64,000 nucleotides of DNA from Phoronis australis (Eukaryota > Animalia > Phoronida): contig NMRA01000131.1 of assembly GCA_002633005.1 (NCBI GenBank), positions 493,824 through 557,823 of the forward strand. Reading direction: 5' to 3'. How positions within the stretch are numbered: the stretch's first letter is position 1; the number at the start of each line of letters is the position of its first letter. The position numbers and the translations under genes were made by a program. Under the pieces are notes generated by a model. The model saw only the letters and a program-made list of their open reading frames with translations, searched no databases and had not been told where the DNA came from. This document shows, piece after piece, positions 14,061 through 27,200 of the stretch.

Positions 14061-14389
14061 ACATCTGTTACGTGATGTGGCTTCCGAGTAATTTCGTGAC
14101 CACGATGATGTCATATAAACTTCTTTAAGCTGATTGTTTGAGAATTTTTTTTAGGGCGCTCAAAGGGGCTACGAATTATGAGCGGTGTAATTTGCGTTGC
14201 AATTAATTACTTTCTGTGGTATGTAAGAAGCAAAAGGGCAATATTTTTATGAACAATACTTGCATTTCTGGTGTCAAAAAGGTGTTTTAGCCGCTGAATT
14301 CTGTCTTTAAAGCGGGTGGTTGCGTGGACGAAAATTGTTGCTCGACTATAAGCGTTCTGTGACTCAAGCAAAATAGCTTCGGGTCGGTA

Positions 14390-14443
14390 GTTGTAATCCA
14401 CTGGTGGCGCAACAATACAACCACATTCAAACATGGCAACTGC
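14390..14443 (+). promoter_or_regulatory. Probable PHF10 promoter-proximal first exon ending in a strong donor
   Basis: CpG-containing stretch, aacATGg in good context at 14433, then GC|gtaagt donor at 14444. The TSS itself cannot be fixed from sequence. Confidence 0.5.
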
Positions 14444-15215
14444 GTAAGTTAATCGAGTTCGGAAATTTTGTTGGTATTTCTACTGCATATTGAAAGTTAG
14501 GAGAATTTTTGACACCACAAGATAGAAAAACACAGCCATATTTTATCTGCTAATTGAAACCGACCCACATATGTTAGTTTATATGAGGAAAAATCCAGGA
14601 CTTCGGGACCCATGTTAGTCACTCATATCCTAAAGTGTACTGGCCTGGTAGAAAATCTTTTCTTCCAGTTCCATATCCTGCAATAAAACAGCTGAATAAC
14701 CTTGTGCTTGTGGTTCCTTTTGACTGCAGTGCTCTTGGCGGTGTTGAAAAACTCACCACTAGATTCTCTTAGTCCAGCCAGGAATCCAGCTGGTGTTGGC
14801 ATCTTATGGATCTCCACTTCTCAAAATTTAAAGAGGGTAAAAACCATGGTAGGCTGAGTTGGGTACTCATGCACTAACATCCAAACACTATCAAAAGGGA
14901 TTGTCTCTTTATATTGGGGGTTTTAGGCGGGCCATCGAAAGATTTTTTCAGTAAAATTTAGAGCTTGTTTCCTGCATTTTAGAAAATCATTTTGTTCAAA
15001 TAATTCATTGCACGAATGAGCACTTGAAATCTGCTCAGTAAAAACATGATTCCTTTTAATCTAAACTGTTGCCATTAATCTTGGCACTGTAAAGTAAAGA
15101 ATTTTTCGTTCTGATTTACTATACTTACCATTATCAACTTGGTCTGCTGTTTCTTAGTCAAAATGATCTTCAAAACAACTGACAGTTTGTTGTTTTTTCA
15201 GACTAAGCTCATAAA

Positions 15216-18200
15216 ATGTCAGGTAACAGAAATTTGTGAACTTTGTCTAAAGAAATAAGCCATCAGTTCTTTCCAAGCCAAAAGGTCATTTCTAAATTGA
15301 GTAAAGAACAAGAGTCTCTTGCTATTCTATTGGAAGGACTGATTTTCAATCATGAAAAACCCATCTTTGGTGCTCAGCTATGTCTGGTTCCTATAACCTC
15401 TTCGTTGGATATTGCCAGAAATTGGGAAAATAACTTTATATTCTGTTTTAGAGTTTGCCAGATCCTGAACAACTTAAGATGGTCGAAGAGGTTAGAGACG
15501 TTGATACAGCTCAACAATACGTTAGTGATGATGGCTCTGTTAAAGTGAATGAGATTGTTTATGGTGATCTGATGGACAACATCCAGTGTAAAAAATCTGA
15601 TGCTGGGAGTTGCACTGCAGATGGAGATAATAATGATATGGGCGTTTTAGATACACAAACTGTTCATACAGAACTTAGTACAGCTACGGTGTCTAGTCTT
15701 AGTTCTGGCGTGGAACCAATCACATGTAGTGAGAAACCTTCAATTCCTGAATGTAATGTGTCAGACACCCCAGGAATTACACCGTCCGCAGCTGATAACA
15801 GTTCAAAGAGCCAAGAATCTGATGTCGAAATGACTGAACATTTTTCAAAAGATGACCACAGTTCTATTTTGAGCTGTCATGCTGCAGATCACGAAAGTAT
15901 TGGTGAGTGCACGCAGGAATCCATCCCTTCTGAAAATATGTCAAAAGAAAGTGTCATATCCGAAGTTATCAGAACAGTGTCGGAACTCGAGCCGTGTTTG
16001 GATCCAGAGTCCAGTGAGCTCAGGGAATCAAATACTGAAATCAGTGAGTCTAGTGTAGATGAGTCAGTGAGTGAAAACGCCAGTGACGTCTTAGAAAATG
16101 CCAGTGATGTCTTGGAAACTGCCAGTGATGTCTTAGAAAATGCAAGTGATGTCTTGGAAACTGCCAGTGATGTCTTAGAAAATGCCAGTGATGTCTTAGA
16201 AAACACCAGTGATGTCATTGAAACTGGTCAGTCAGAAGTGATGAGTGTAGATTCAGCAGACCAAGGGAGCATGGCAGAAAGTGAAAGTCGAAATATTGAT
16301 GAAACCACTGAGAAAGTAGTGGAAGAAAAGAACGAAGAAGATGATAAAGAGGAGGATATACCACTTGAATTGTATGTGATGGGATGTGATGCAGGGTACA
16401 TCTGTGCATGTGGCGTGATATGACACAGGGTACATCTGTGCATGTGGAGTGATGTGACGTAGGGTATATCTGTATGTGTGGAGTGATATGAGAGAGGGTA
16501 TATATGTCTGTGTGGAGTGATATGAGAGAGGGTATATATGTCTATGTGGAGTGATATGAGAGAGGGTATATATGTCTGTGTGGAGTGATATGAGAGAGGG
16601 TATATATGTCTGTGTGGAGTGATATGAGAGAGGGTATATATGTCTGTGTGGAGTGATATGAGAGAGGGTATATATGTCTGTGTGGAGTGATATGAGAGAG
16701 GGTATATCTGTATGTACGCATGTGGAAATTAGCTTAGTGTGTCCAGAATTTGATTCACTTTCTTTACCAGCATTCTGTTAGGTTCATGCCTGCCTTAAGT
16801 ACATTCATTTGTTTTCTACTGAACTTTCCAAAATAGCCCAGAACCCATTCCTGATAAATAGGCCTGGGAATCTGTTTATTAAATTGAGTAAAAAAATCAT
16901 GTTTTACCCCTACTTTTAATCGGTGTGAATGTATTTTATAAATTTATGTATTTGATAAATTTAACGTTTTACAAATACAGAACTAAATCTTACTGAATGT
17001 ACTGTTTGACTACTTCAGACAAGAGTTCCCAGCGGAGAGACTGTTTGAATACCAGTGGCCGCAAGATAAGTCAGGAGAGTTGTACATGATTCAGGAGCAA
17101 GTCAGTGAATACCTTAATGTGCTCTCATTCAAGAGGAAGTACCCAGGTTAGTAAAGTGGGTGTGGCCAATACATGTCCTTCATTTCTATGGGTTGTGAGG
17201 GCACAAAAATATCCTTCACTTGAACCAGTTTTAAATTCTGGTGTGCAAAACGGATCTAGTTGACAAACGTGAAATACAATTTCTTTCATTCACAGACATT
17301 TTACGGCATTAAAGCTCCGTGCAGTGTCGTATTTGAAAATCGCTGATATGGGGTGGAACCCTTTGTTTTCGTTTTGTTGTTTTTTACGGCAAGTTAGCAT
17401 TCCTAAATACGATAAATCCAAATAAAGAATGGAGTTCAAAGGAACGATTCACTGCCTCTGATGAGTTGATCTATTCCAGTTTAAAGTTTTCAGCTTGATC
17501 TCATCAATGCTGCATGGGACATTTCGATAAAGTTATCTGAATTACCTATCAGCTCTGCCTCTGTAATTTGATGACATGAAGGATTCGATGAAGAATGTAT
17601 TAAATTCTAATGCATTATCTCCTTCGACAAACACGTGAACTGTTGGCATTTGCCTACACTTTCTAACGCAGGGGTCCGATAGACCCACCTTACAAAATGT
17701 TTGAGGTCCATTTCAATTTTTTTGAGGTCTGTGTAAACAGTCCAGGAGTGTTTACAGCAACACAGAATGATGAGTTGAATATTTTGTAACTTTTATCATT
17801 GGAACATATGAGAAGAAACCTAAGAAATGAAACTGGTAGTTTTTATTCAGTCTTTAGTTTTATTGGTTACAACTTATCAAGACGCACTTATTATCTCAAC
17901 ATGCCTCTTTGACATCATTGTATCAAATGCGCACATAAATGCAACTGTAGGCGACAACTGCGCCATCTAGCTACAGAATGCATTTCATTATGCCACGACT
18001 ATATTCCCGTAAAATAGCTTGAGTTGTTATTTCACTTGAAAAAAGTAGCTTTTGTTTAATATTCTTTAGATCTCCAACGGCGCCCTCTAGAGTATGCTGA
18101 GCGCAACTTCCTGCGTGATCGTGGTATCGTCTCAGAAATGCAATGTGATTTGGGTCTGAATGCACTGAAAAGTGAAGAGGTTCATGAGCTCCTGTCTAAG

Positions 18201-21200
18201 GATTATCCTGTCAAGTACAAGGTGGGCACAGATTGGATGCATTTCTTGGTTTCTGCTTCCACCTGGAAATTGAAGTCTGTGAAGAAGACTTTCAATTATT
18301 GCCTTGACTATCTTTGCACAGCTTGGTGCATATTTGAAATTTACCATTAACGAACTAAGTTAAATACTAGCCTGCCTCAAACAGATTTTTTTTTAATTTT
18401 CCATATAAATATATTTCACTATCCTGATAGCTGTAGCAATGCTTTAGTAACACAAAAAAACATGATTTAAACATTAAAAGACAGACCTGTCAAATAGTAG
18501 CTTTTCGCGCCATATTGCATCACCTCAAGGAAACGGAGAACAAGAGAACACACGATTAGTTTCGATCATTTGTCGTTTACTTACCAGTGTGAGCGGGTGC
18601 TGTACTAAACCTAACCATTCAATACACCTGACAATTTATGACTGTAGTGTGGTCGGAGTGGTGCTTTTAACTTAATGTTTGAACTGATTTTACAGGTAAA
18701 CTTCGAAGCTGCTATAAATCCATCTTAGTTCACTCATAGAAACCAACATTTGATTTAGACCACTCATCTCTATAACCATTTCAGCATGTTCCTTACTCAG
18801 ATGTGAAGGGATTTGGCTTGGAAAGACCTGACAGTTCCTTATTGCTTGCCTTCATGCTAGGAACATAAAAAGATCCATTTGGACAATCTTTCTTCTTGAG
18901 CCTAGTCTCAAAGATTAATAAACTTTCAGTTCTTGCCCAGGCCAGAAGTAACCTCTGATCAGAGTAAGAAACAAATTGGAACATGTTTTACACTGCTAAG
19001 CGTCACCTAGTGGCTATTTTTACTGTTTCAAGTCTGTTTTTTTTTGTTTTTTGGCATTTCCTTTGTAAGATCTTTATGAACTTAATAAGCAGATGTGATT
19101 GTTTGGAGATGGCAACATGACGACAAGTTTCAGTTTGAGAGATGATACCTTCTCATTTGTGGTTGGGTTCATTGTATTCTGTGCTATCTAATGGTAATTT
19201 TTTATGATACAAATAAACACCACTAGAAGCAGCACCGTTTGTAGTGCAGTCGTGAGTGCATTTCAACACTCGGAGTTGGTCTTGTTATGCTTTATTAATG
19301 TATAGTTAATACCAAGCTGAGGAGCTAGAGATCTTACTCAAGGGTCTAGCAGTGTTCCCCAGTGGGACTCGACTCCATGACCTTGAATAAAGGAAGTGAT
19401 CACTTGTCCCATTGGGCCATATTGCCTGCTCCAAGTAAGTGACCTAAATCAAATTTAAGTGTTCTGAGGGAAGGCTGGTCTATAGCAGCTTTAAATTTCT
19501 CATTAATTCAAATTCCACAGTCACCTTTTGTTCATGAATTTGAGCACATTTGTTAACATTTGTTTACCAATTGTCTAATTGTCTTGTTACTGTCATCTTT
19601 CAGGAGTACGCCCATGTTCTTCACGAGAGAGAAAAAGAAAGAATTAAAGAAAAGTACAAAGAGTATGAAGCAGTAAGTTGTGTTCAATAACAACTGGAAA
19701 TTCACTAGATGGTGTTAGTAAATCAAAGCTTTTACCTGTAAAAATGCAGGCAATCAGGTGGGAATCTTGCAAACTAGCAAAACTATGCTCTTAGTGCTCC
19801 AGTGTGTTAAGATGGCAAAAGGAGGTAGTTTTATTCATTTGTGAAACCTTGGGAATATCGAGTTGCCCATTTTATAGCAGTGCTTGTATGTGTGATGTAT
19901 GTTTGTGTATTTATACACCTCCTATCTTTAGGCTGTATTGTGTTAGTGTCTCCAGCATCTCTCAGTTATTCTTGTATTTGTTCTACTTTCTGTATTAGCT
20001 TTTTGTATTTCTTTCTTCATTGTTTTTTAATAATTAGTTATGATTATTTAAATTAGCCTTCTAAATTTCCCGTGACAAATCAATATCAATACTATTTGGG
20101 ACTGACAGTCATTTGGCAGGGCTCACCTCAGGCTGTTAGTGTGACTTCTTTAGTTTTTAACACTTTCTACTGCTATGCTTTAATGCTCCCGCCTCCCTTT
20201 TTCACCGTTTACATTTGGATTAGATAACTTTGTAATCTCCTGTGAAATGTTGATGAATTCCCTTTACAGAGCTTTTCAGAATAGTCAGATACGTCCTTTG
20301 AAATTCATTTTATTAAGACTAATAAAATCATTTCTCTCTTCAAAACATTGTCCTCGTCACTATGACAGCAGTATGTAGACAAGTTAACTTTCAAGTGCAG
20401 GGGTGATTGCACACTGTTAAGCAATAGAATTGATTCTCGCTATAACAAAAGTATGAAACCACCCTTTAAAATTGTGGACTCATCTGTGCACTGAAGTCCA
20501 GTGAACCAGTCTAAGTGTAATCAGTGTTAAATATATCAATCCATATAATAGCTTAGCAGTGTGAACTTTGCCTCAGGTCAACGCTTGTGTTAATTTGCTC
20601 TGATTGATTTTATGGAATGTACGCTTGGTTTGTGGAAACTAAAATGTTTAGCCAACATCATTCATTACCTCCGACTCTTTATTGACTGATACATTTTTGC
20701 ATGCTGCTACGGAAAGCCCTTCGGTGCATTACATTTCGAAAACATGACATAATTTATCATCAATATTTGGCAAAATTCAACTAATATGCAACAAATTTCA
20801 CAATGTCTTTGAAACTATTATTTTAATTGTTATATCTAAGATGCACCTTTTGACTTCACAACAGCTCATAATTACCTAGTAAGCATATTACGCAGGATCA
20901 AAATATGATTACTGCCAATATACTGCCAATATACTGCCAATATACTGCCAATATACTGCCAATATACTGCCAATATACTGCCAATATACTGCCAATATAC
21001 TGCCAATATTGTGTGTGGAATGTCATTTTAACATTAATTCCTAATTTCGTATAGGCCTCTTTGTGTGTGTAGAAAATGAACATGATAATTGCTACAATTA
21101 TTACAGTTATTATTGTTTATTATAATTGTTATTGATATTATTATTATTAGGGTTATCTTCTGCAATGCTCATATTTTGTTTCAAATTCTTTTACGACAAT

Positions 21201-24200
21201 ATCTACTTTTTACCACCATGTGTATATTGACACTGGATGTAGTCTGTGGTATTATGTAGAAATACTAATATATGCTCGCATTTTGTACATTTCTAACTGA
21301 AGTGTCATAACTGGCACTTTAAGTATGCATAACAAACGGCGCAGGTCTCACTCTTCTTTTTTGAAGTTGTCTCATGAATATATTCAGGTAAGACAACAAG
21401 CAGAGCATCTTTTCAGCAGAGGTAGACTATTGTTGACTGTACTGGGCCTGAACATGTTATTATTTAGTGCATTTGAGACCACTGTGTCACAGGTATTTCT
21501 GGTTTCAGCCTGTCATTGAGAAAAGCAAGTTAGAAGCGTTCAGAAAGAAAGCCATCAAAAGTGCCTCAGATTACAACCGATTCTTCACAAGAGAAAGACT
21601 TGACCAGAGAATGGCTTACTTTGACCTGCAGACAATGGTGATTCCCAACACTTAAACTTGGCAGTCAAGTTATTGTTACTCAGTGAAAAACTTCAGTAGT
21701 AAATTGATTGTTGTCGGGGATTTACTGCCCTATTATGACGCGAGAGAATAGTAATTAGTTATGTGTTCTTCACAGGACTGGAATTAAACTTGTAAATATT
21801 GAACAAATCAAAACAAGTGTGTAAAAAATCTTAGTAAAGGCTGACTTGATTTCAACTACCAACAAGAACATCAAAGCCATCAGTGGTTCAAGAAATTGCT
21901 TCATAGTTTGTTGAGGTTTGCTAACCCTTAAATTGGTACATGCATGGAGTGCCTGTGACTTAATTTGTCAATTCAATGAGAAACAATTGAGAGTCAAATA
22001 AATGTAGTATTGTTTATAAACTTCAAAGCTCCTCAGTGAAGAATTCCAGATTGGCTGCTGAAGCGCACCGGCGTGCAGCTTTATGGGTAGTTGTTTGAAT
22101 GTTACACAGAATAATGTTTTTCTGAAGACTGCCTATGAGAATTGTGCTAACAGGGTTACAAATTTATTCACATAGCTTTGGTCTCTTGTAGACGGTCCAG
22201 TTTCCTCGTGGGAAATACAAGGTGTTGAGCAAGGAAGAGACGGCAGTGAGTCGATACCCTGTGGCTCTGATACCAGGACAGTACCAGGACTATACTAAGA
22301 AGTATGCTTCACTTTGTTAAGATCAGTTAAAGTAACGCTAGTTCTGCTCTTTTATGAAAATTGCTTGAAATTTGCTGGGATTCTGAATTTCAACAAATTT
22401 TGCAGGATCAGCTGTGGGAAGTTTGTGAGCAGACCTTTGTTTACTCAATTAAAAATCCAAGCCAGATTGCTCTCGCCCAATGTCAGTGTTACAGCCTATG
22501 CTCTGACACTTAATTTATTGATATTATCAATCACAAAAATTTTAGATGTCTTCAAGGCTTGTCGTTGGAGGCTCCTGAACTTGCTGGGATTCTCTGTTTC
22601 CTGAGGACACAACATATTAGTTCAAATAAGAGTAAAAATATTCCGGCAAGATTTCTGAGATTCTGAAATACATGGTATCAATACTAATGGTTCTTACAGC
22701 TTATATAGTTTGTTAATAGTTTATAAATTCTAGTCTCTAGAATGAATTTAAAGTTTATCTTTGATGTAGCCGGGCTAAACAGACTTTGCATATTTTGTCA
22801 CCTTGGGAACAAATGCCACCGCTAAATAACTCTCAATTCACACAATATAGCTTGTAGATCTCTCTATACATTGATCTGTGTCACTGGCATGTAATAGCAA
22901 TGCACTTTACCCTAATTTTCTTTTAGGCATACAGCTGAAGAACTAAAATACTTCCCTATTAACTCTGCCGTCTACTGTCCACCCAAGCTGGTCGGGTCAG
23001 TTTATGCCAACCCTGATGAACCCGTAGTGGAGTCAGACCATGATGAGCCAGCCAATGTGCAGGTGATTTATACCGCTGACTGTACACATATTGTTATTGC
23101 ATCTTCAGCTTGCTCTACATGACTCCTTAAATTTAGCAATTTGTGTTTAATAATACACATATATTTACTAGGTTGTCATGGCTGATTCGATATCTGCTAG
23201 TTGGCCAAAGGGCTCTCCACGTCTGAATAGACTAAGAACAAAACTGTTCACCTGTTTGGGGACATACATAAGATAAGAGTTCCACACGACATGAATGCAT
23301 GCATTTGTATTGATAAAACAATTTTCCCTTGTGCTGATTGATGCATTTATGCTAATAATCAATGCCAAGCGTGTATTATCAATGCCAGTCTCTTGGTTTT
23401 AGCCAGTTTCAAGTTATTTGCAACTTGTTGTGTGTATCTTAATGTGTTGAATATTACTAATAATTATATATTTATTCATGCAATGTACATAGAACACGTA
23501 CACGTTGAAGTGCAGACATGTTTGGAACTCTACGGAGGCTAGTTGACTTGTGTTTAACTTGAACGTGCTTTCTCATTTGACTTTGTCACCTTTAGGACCA
23601 AGATGAAAGTGATGACTTATCTAAATGACTGAAGGAAAGATAAGAACTTATTTTAACTTATGAGTCAGCCAATGAAGAGGGACCACTGAATATATGAACA
23701 GTAAATAAATAACACATGATAGTAAGCAGAACTGGGAAGCAGTATTCATTAGGGGCCTTCTAGCATCGTACCCACCTCTGTGACACTCTGTGAGGCCTCT
23801 GTTATTAATGTGCCTTTTTCCATTTCAGGAGAAGACCGACTCTGACACAAGTAGCAGTCATAGTTCAGTGAGTGGTGATTCAGAATCTGAGTCAGCTGAA
23901 GAGGAACAGGTGTGTTGTGTTGTGTAACAAGGGTTCAGATCTTGTTGTGTCATAGAAAATGAAGAGACTTGAAGTGCTTTGTATCTTATATGAATCTGGG
24001 TGGACGAATGAAAAAAACTTTTATTCAATATATTACTAAATAGTATTAGGGTGGAATTCATGATATGCAAGTTTAAATGATTATGTGCCACTCACAATCC
24101 AAAGAAAGTTGTCTTCTCAATTTCGAAACTTTGTGCTCTAGCATAAAGAGAAACTTGGTGTGGTCTGTTTACTTCTTCTTTTTCCACATGATAAGACCAC

Positions 24201-27200
24201 AAGAATCTGGCTTCATGACAGGTTTGTTGTATATCCTTTTGTAAAAGTTGTTGGTGGAACACGTTTTCTGGTTCTTGTGACAAGTTGTGTAAGTCTTAAC
24301 AACACGGAAATAAAACTTATGTAGCAGAAATGTGCAATTTCTGTTCATTATGTGTTTCAGGCGGTGCCCAAGGTGTGTCACTATTGTCAGGGTAAAGACA
24401 AGAACAAAGACGGCAAGCGTGAAGATCTGGTGGAGTGCGCTGAGTGCGCCAGACATGGTAGGGCCTTGTGAACAGCACAGCCTGCTTGCAAACCACTCTG
24501 TGCTTGTTTCTGTTCAGTTTCTGAGTCCATTTGCAGCAGCCATGTTCACATGACATAGCTGAGACTCCTAGATAAAGGCATAAAGCAACATGTGTATCAG
24601 AAATAACATGTTAATGATAAGTTCACAAGCCTATTTACTTATTCAACCCTCAACACCATATGGTGTATATAGCTTTATCTCCTGGGTCAAGGCTGAGGAA
24701 TGTCTACCCCTTGTAGTGAGGAAATTTCAGGCAAAACTAAGTCCGTAGTGCTGCTGTTAATTAAAACATTGCTCACTCATTATGAAACTTTTATTTAACA
24801 AAATTTCAGGAATATGTGATAAATTTCCTTGATTCTATTGCATTTTTTATCCAAATTTGCTGTTGACAAAGGATAGAATGACTATATTTAATTTCCAGAA
24901 AATGTCTGTGAAGTTTTCGTTAAAACATTTAACTCACAGTGGTTAACTTGTTCCAGCTTTGGGTTCACAGCATACTCCGTTTCTGACCAAATGTGTATTT
25001 TTTGCCCAAATCTACAGGTCAGTGAACAAGTTGATTGAGTTGGAGAATATCTTTTAATTCCTCCTTTTCCCCAAATATGTTCCAATTAATTGGTCAGAAT
25101 ATCCATGCAGGATCAAGCTGGCGTTAGCAACTGAGTATATTTATAGTTGAGAAATCGAAAACTAGTGACGGTGAATAATATTTCCAATAATAGGACATGT
25201 TCTTCTCCAAATCTAATCAGTTCTAAGAAAGAAACAGGAGCCTCTAAGGAGAGGATTTTGTCATGAAAGCAGTGTTATGTAATACCACTCACTTAGGCTT
25301 TGATTCAGTGCAAGTTGAAATATAATGAATATGTTAATGAAATCTTTGCAACATTAACAGTCACTGCAATGTTATGCTCTTCCTAGTTTTACCATGAAGT
25401 GGTTTTGAAGTCCAGAAATAGCAACCAATAGGCATTGAGTTGACAAATTATGCCTTAATACACAAAACTGGGAATAGCCTGGACAAAGTAGTCTTATAGA
25501 TTGTTGCCTTCTGTCTCCCATCAATGCAGCATGCGACTGAGGTGCAAAGTTTAAATAACACAGCCTGCGGTAGCTGACTCTGAATGCAAAAATAAATAAC
25601 CATACCAGCTGTGAGCATTGGGGTCAAATGAGTTGAACGACACCCGTGGGCATTAGGGTCAATTGAGTTAAAGAATTGGTGTACAGCATTTAAGTTGATA
25701 ATTAAAGCGTGGAACAAGTTGATCTGGAACATTTTGCACTGCCTTATTTAGTGATGCAAAGCACTGATTTTGCACGTTTCAGGTTAGAAACATATTTTGG
25801 TCATTTCATCTCCCATTCAAACACAGCAGTGTTGTGTGGCAAATATGACATACCAAGGGTTTAAGTAGTATTTTGTCTCCATTCTACAATATTAACAAAT
25901 ATTGGTTAAAATGGAAAGTTAAAGCAACTGACCACCTTCATTGCTATGGATAAAATTTCTGAAATAACATTTTACAATTAATAGTAAAAAGTCATAATTG
26001 TGGAGTCGTGAAACTGTTAAAAAATACTTGATAATCACTGGCACTTTCAAGGAAGTCTCGATCATATAAATTGGGGGTGGGCGTTTAGCCGAGCATGGGC
26101 ATTTGACCATGAAAATTAAGTAATTTTTCATGAAGATGTTAAGTCAAAAATGGTTTTTAGTGAGGACGAGTTCTTAATGAGTTGATGATAGTACTTGAAA
26201 AGTTAATTTAAACTTGATCACTGGTAATGAAAGTGATCAGTTACTTTAATGATCAACAGATGATGAAAGCATTGGTTCTTCACTTTGTTGATAACACCAT
26301 AATCATGCTGACATATTCAACACAGTGTCAGCATATCATAAACCTCTTCGATTTACTCCAGTTCTCAACATTGCATTTTCTTTCTGCAGGTCACCCCACC
26401 TGCTTTGAGCTTACTCAGGAGATGATACCTATGATCAAGACTTACCCGTGGCAATGTATGGATTGTAAGACATGTGTTGAGTGTACTGACCCTCATGACG
26501 AGGTAAGACTTGCCCCGGCAATGTATGGATTTTAAGACATGTGTTGAGTGTACTGACCCTCATGACGAGGTAAGACTTGCCCCGGCAATGTATGGATTGT
26601 AAGACATGTGTTGAGTGTACTGACCCTCATGACGAGGTAAGACTTGCCCTAGCAATGTATGGATTGAAAAACATTTTGTTGAGATCAGTGTACCGGCCCT
26701 CATGGTGTGGTGAGGTATACCTGTGGCAATGTATGGATTGTAAGGCATACATTGAGTGTCTTGACCCTCATGGTGTGGTAAGATATGTTATGCACTTAAT
26801 ATCATAATATAATACACCTCTGTATGTATATGAGTATGCATATATACATACACGTACATACAGATATGGTCAACGTGTATATATGTTCATTTTGCATTCT
26901 AAGGAAGAAGAGATCATATTGCTGATAGTGTTTGACACTTACCTGTATAGTATTTGATGATTTGATTATAACAAGGACCAGAGGCCTAGCTACTGAATAA
27001 ATATATGAAAGCGATCCGAGGAGCGAAAATTAACCAAAAAACCACGTTAGAGATGACCAGAAAAGACGATGACAGAGATGATGACGAAGATGACAGCTAT
27101 GATGACGAAGATGACAGCTATGATGACGATGGTGGCGATGATGGACAATGCAAGTTATGATATCATTCATATGACGAACGTAAAGGTCAGAAGTCACTGA

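Noticed and set aside
15889-16443. Minus-strand ORFs opposite the large PHF10 exon, and the + ORF 33642-33971 opposite a channel exon
   Set aside because: Antisense shadows of real low-complexity coding exons.
19357-19425. tRNA gene
   Set aside because: Only degenerate A/B boxes; stems do not form a cloverleaf, so treated as a SINE relic.
26577-26807. ORF with repeated [11 protein letters not shown], suggesting extra PHD fingers
   Set aside because: Out-of-frame 67-bp copies of the exon end with no acceptor of their own; not a separate coding exon.
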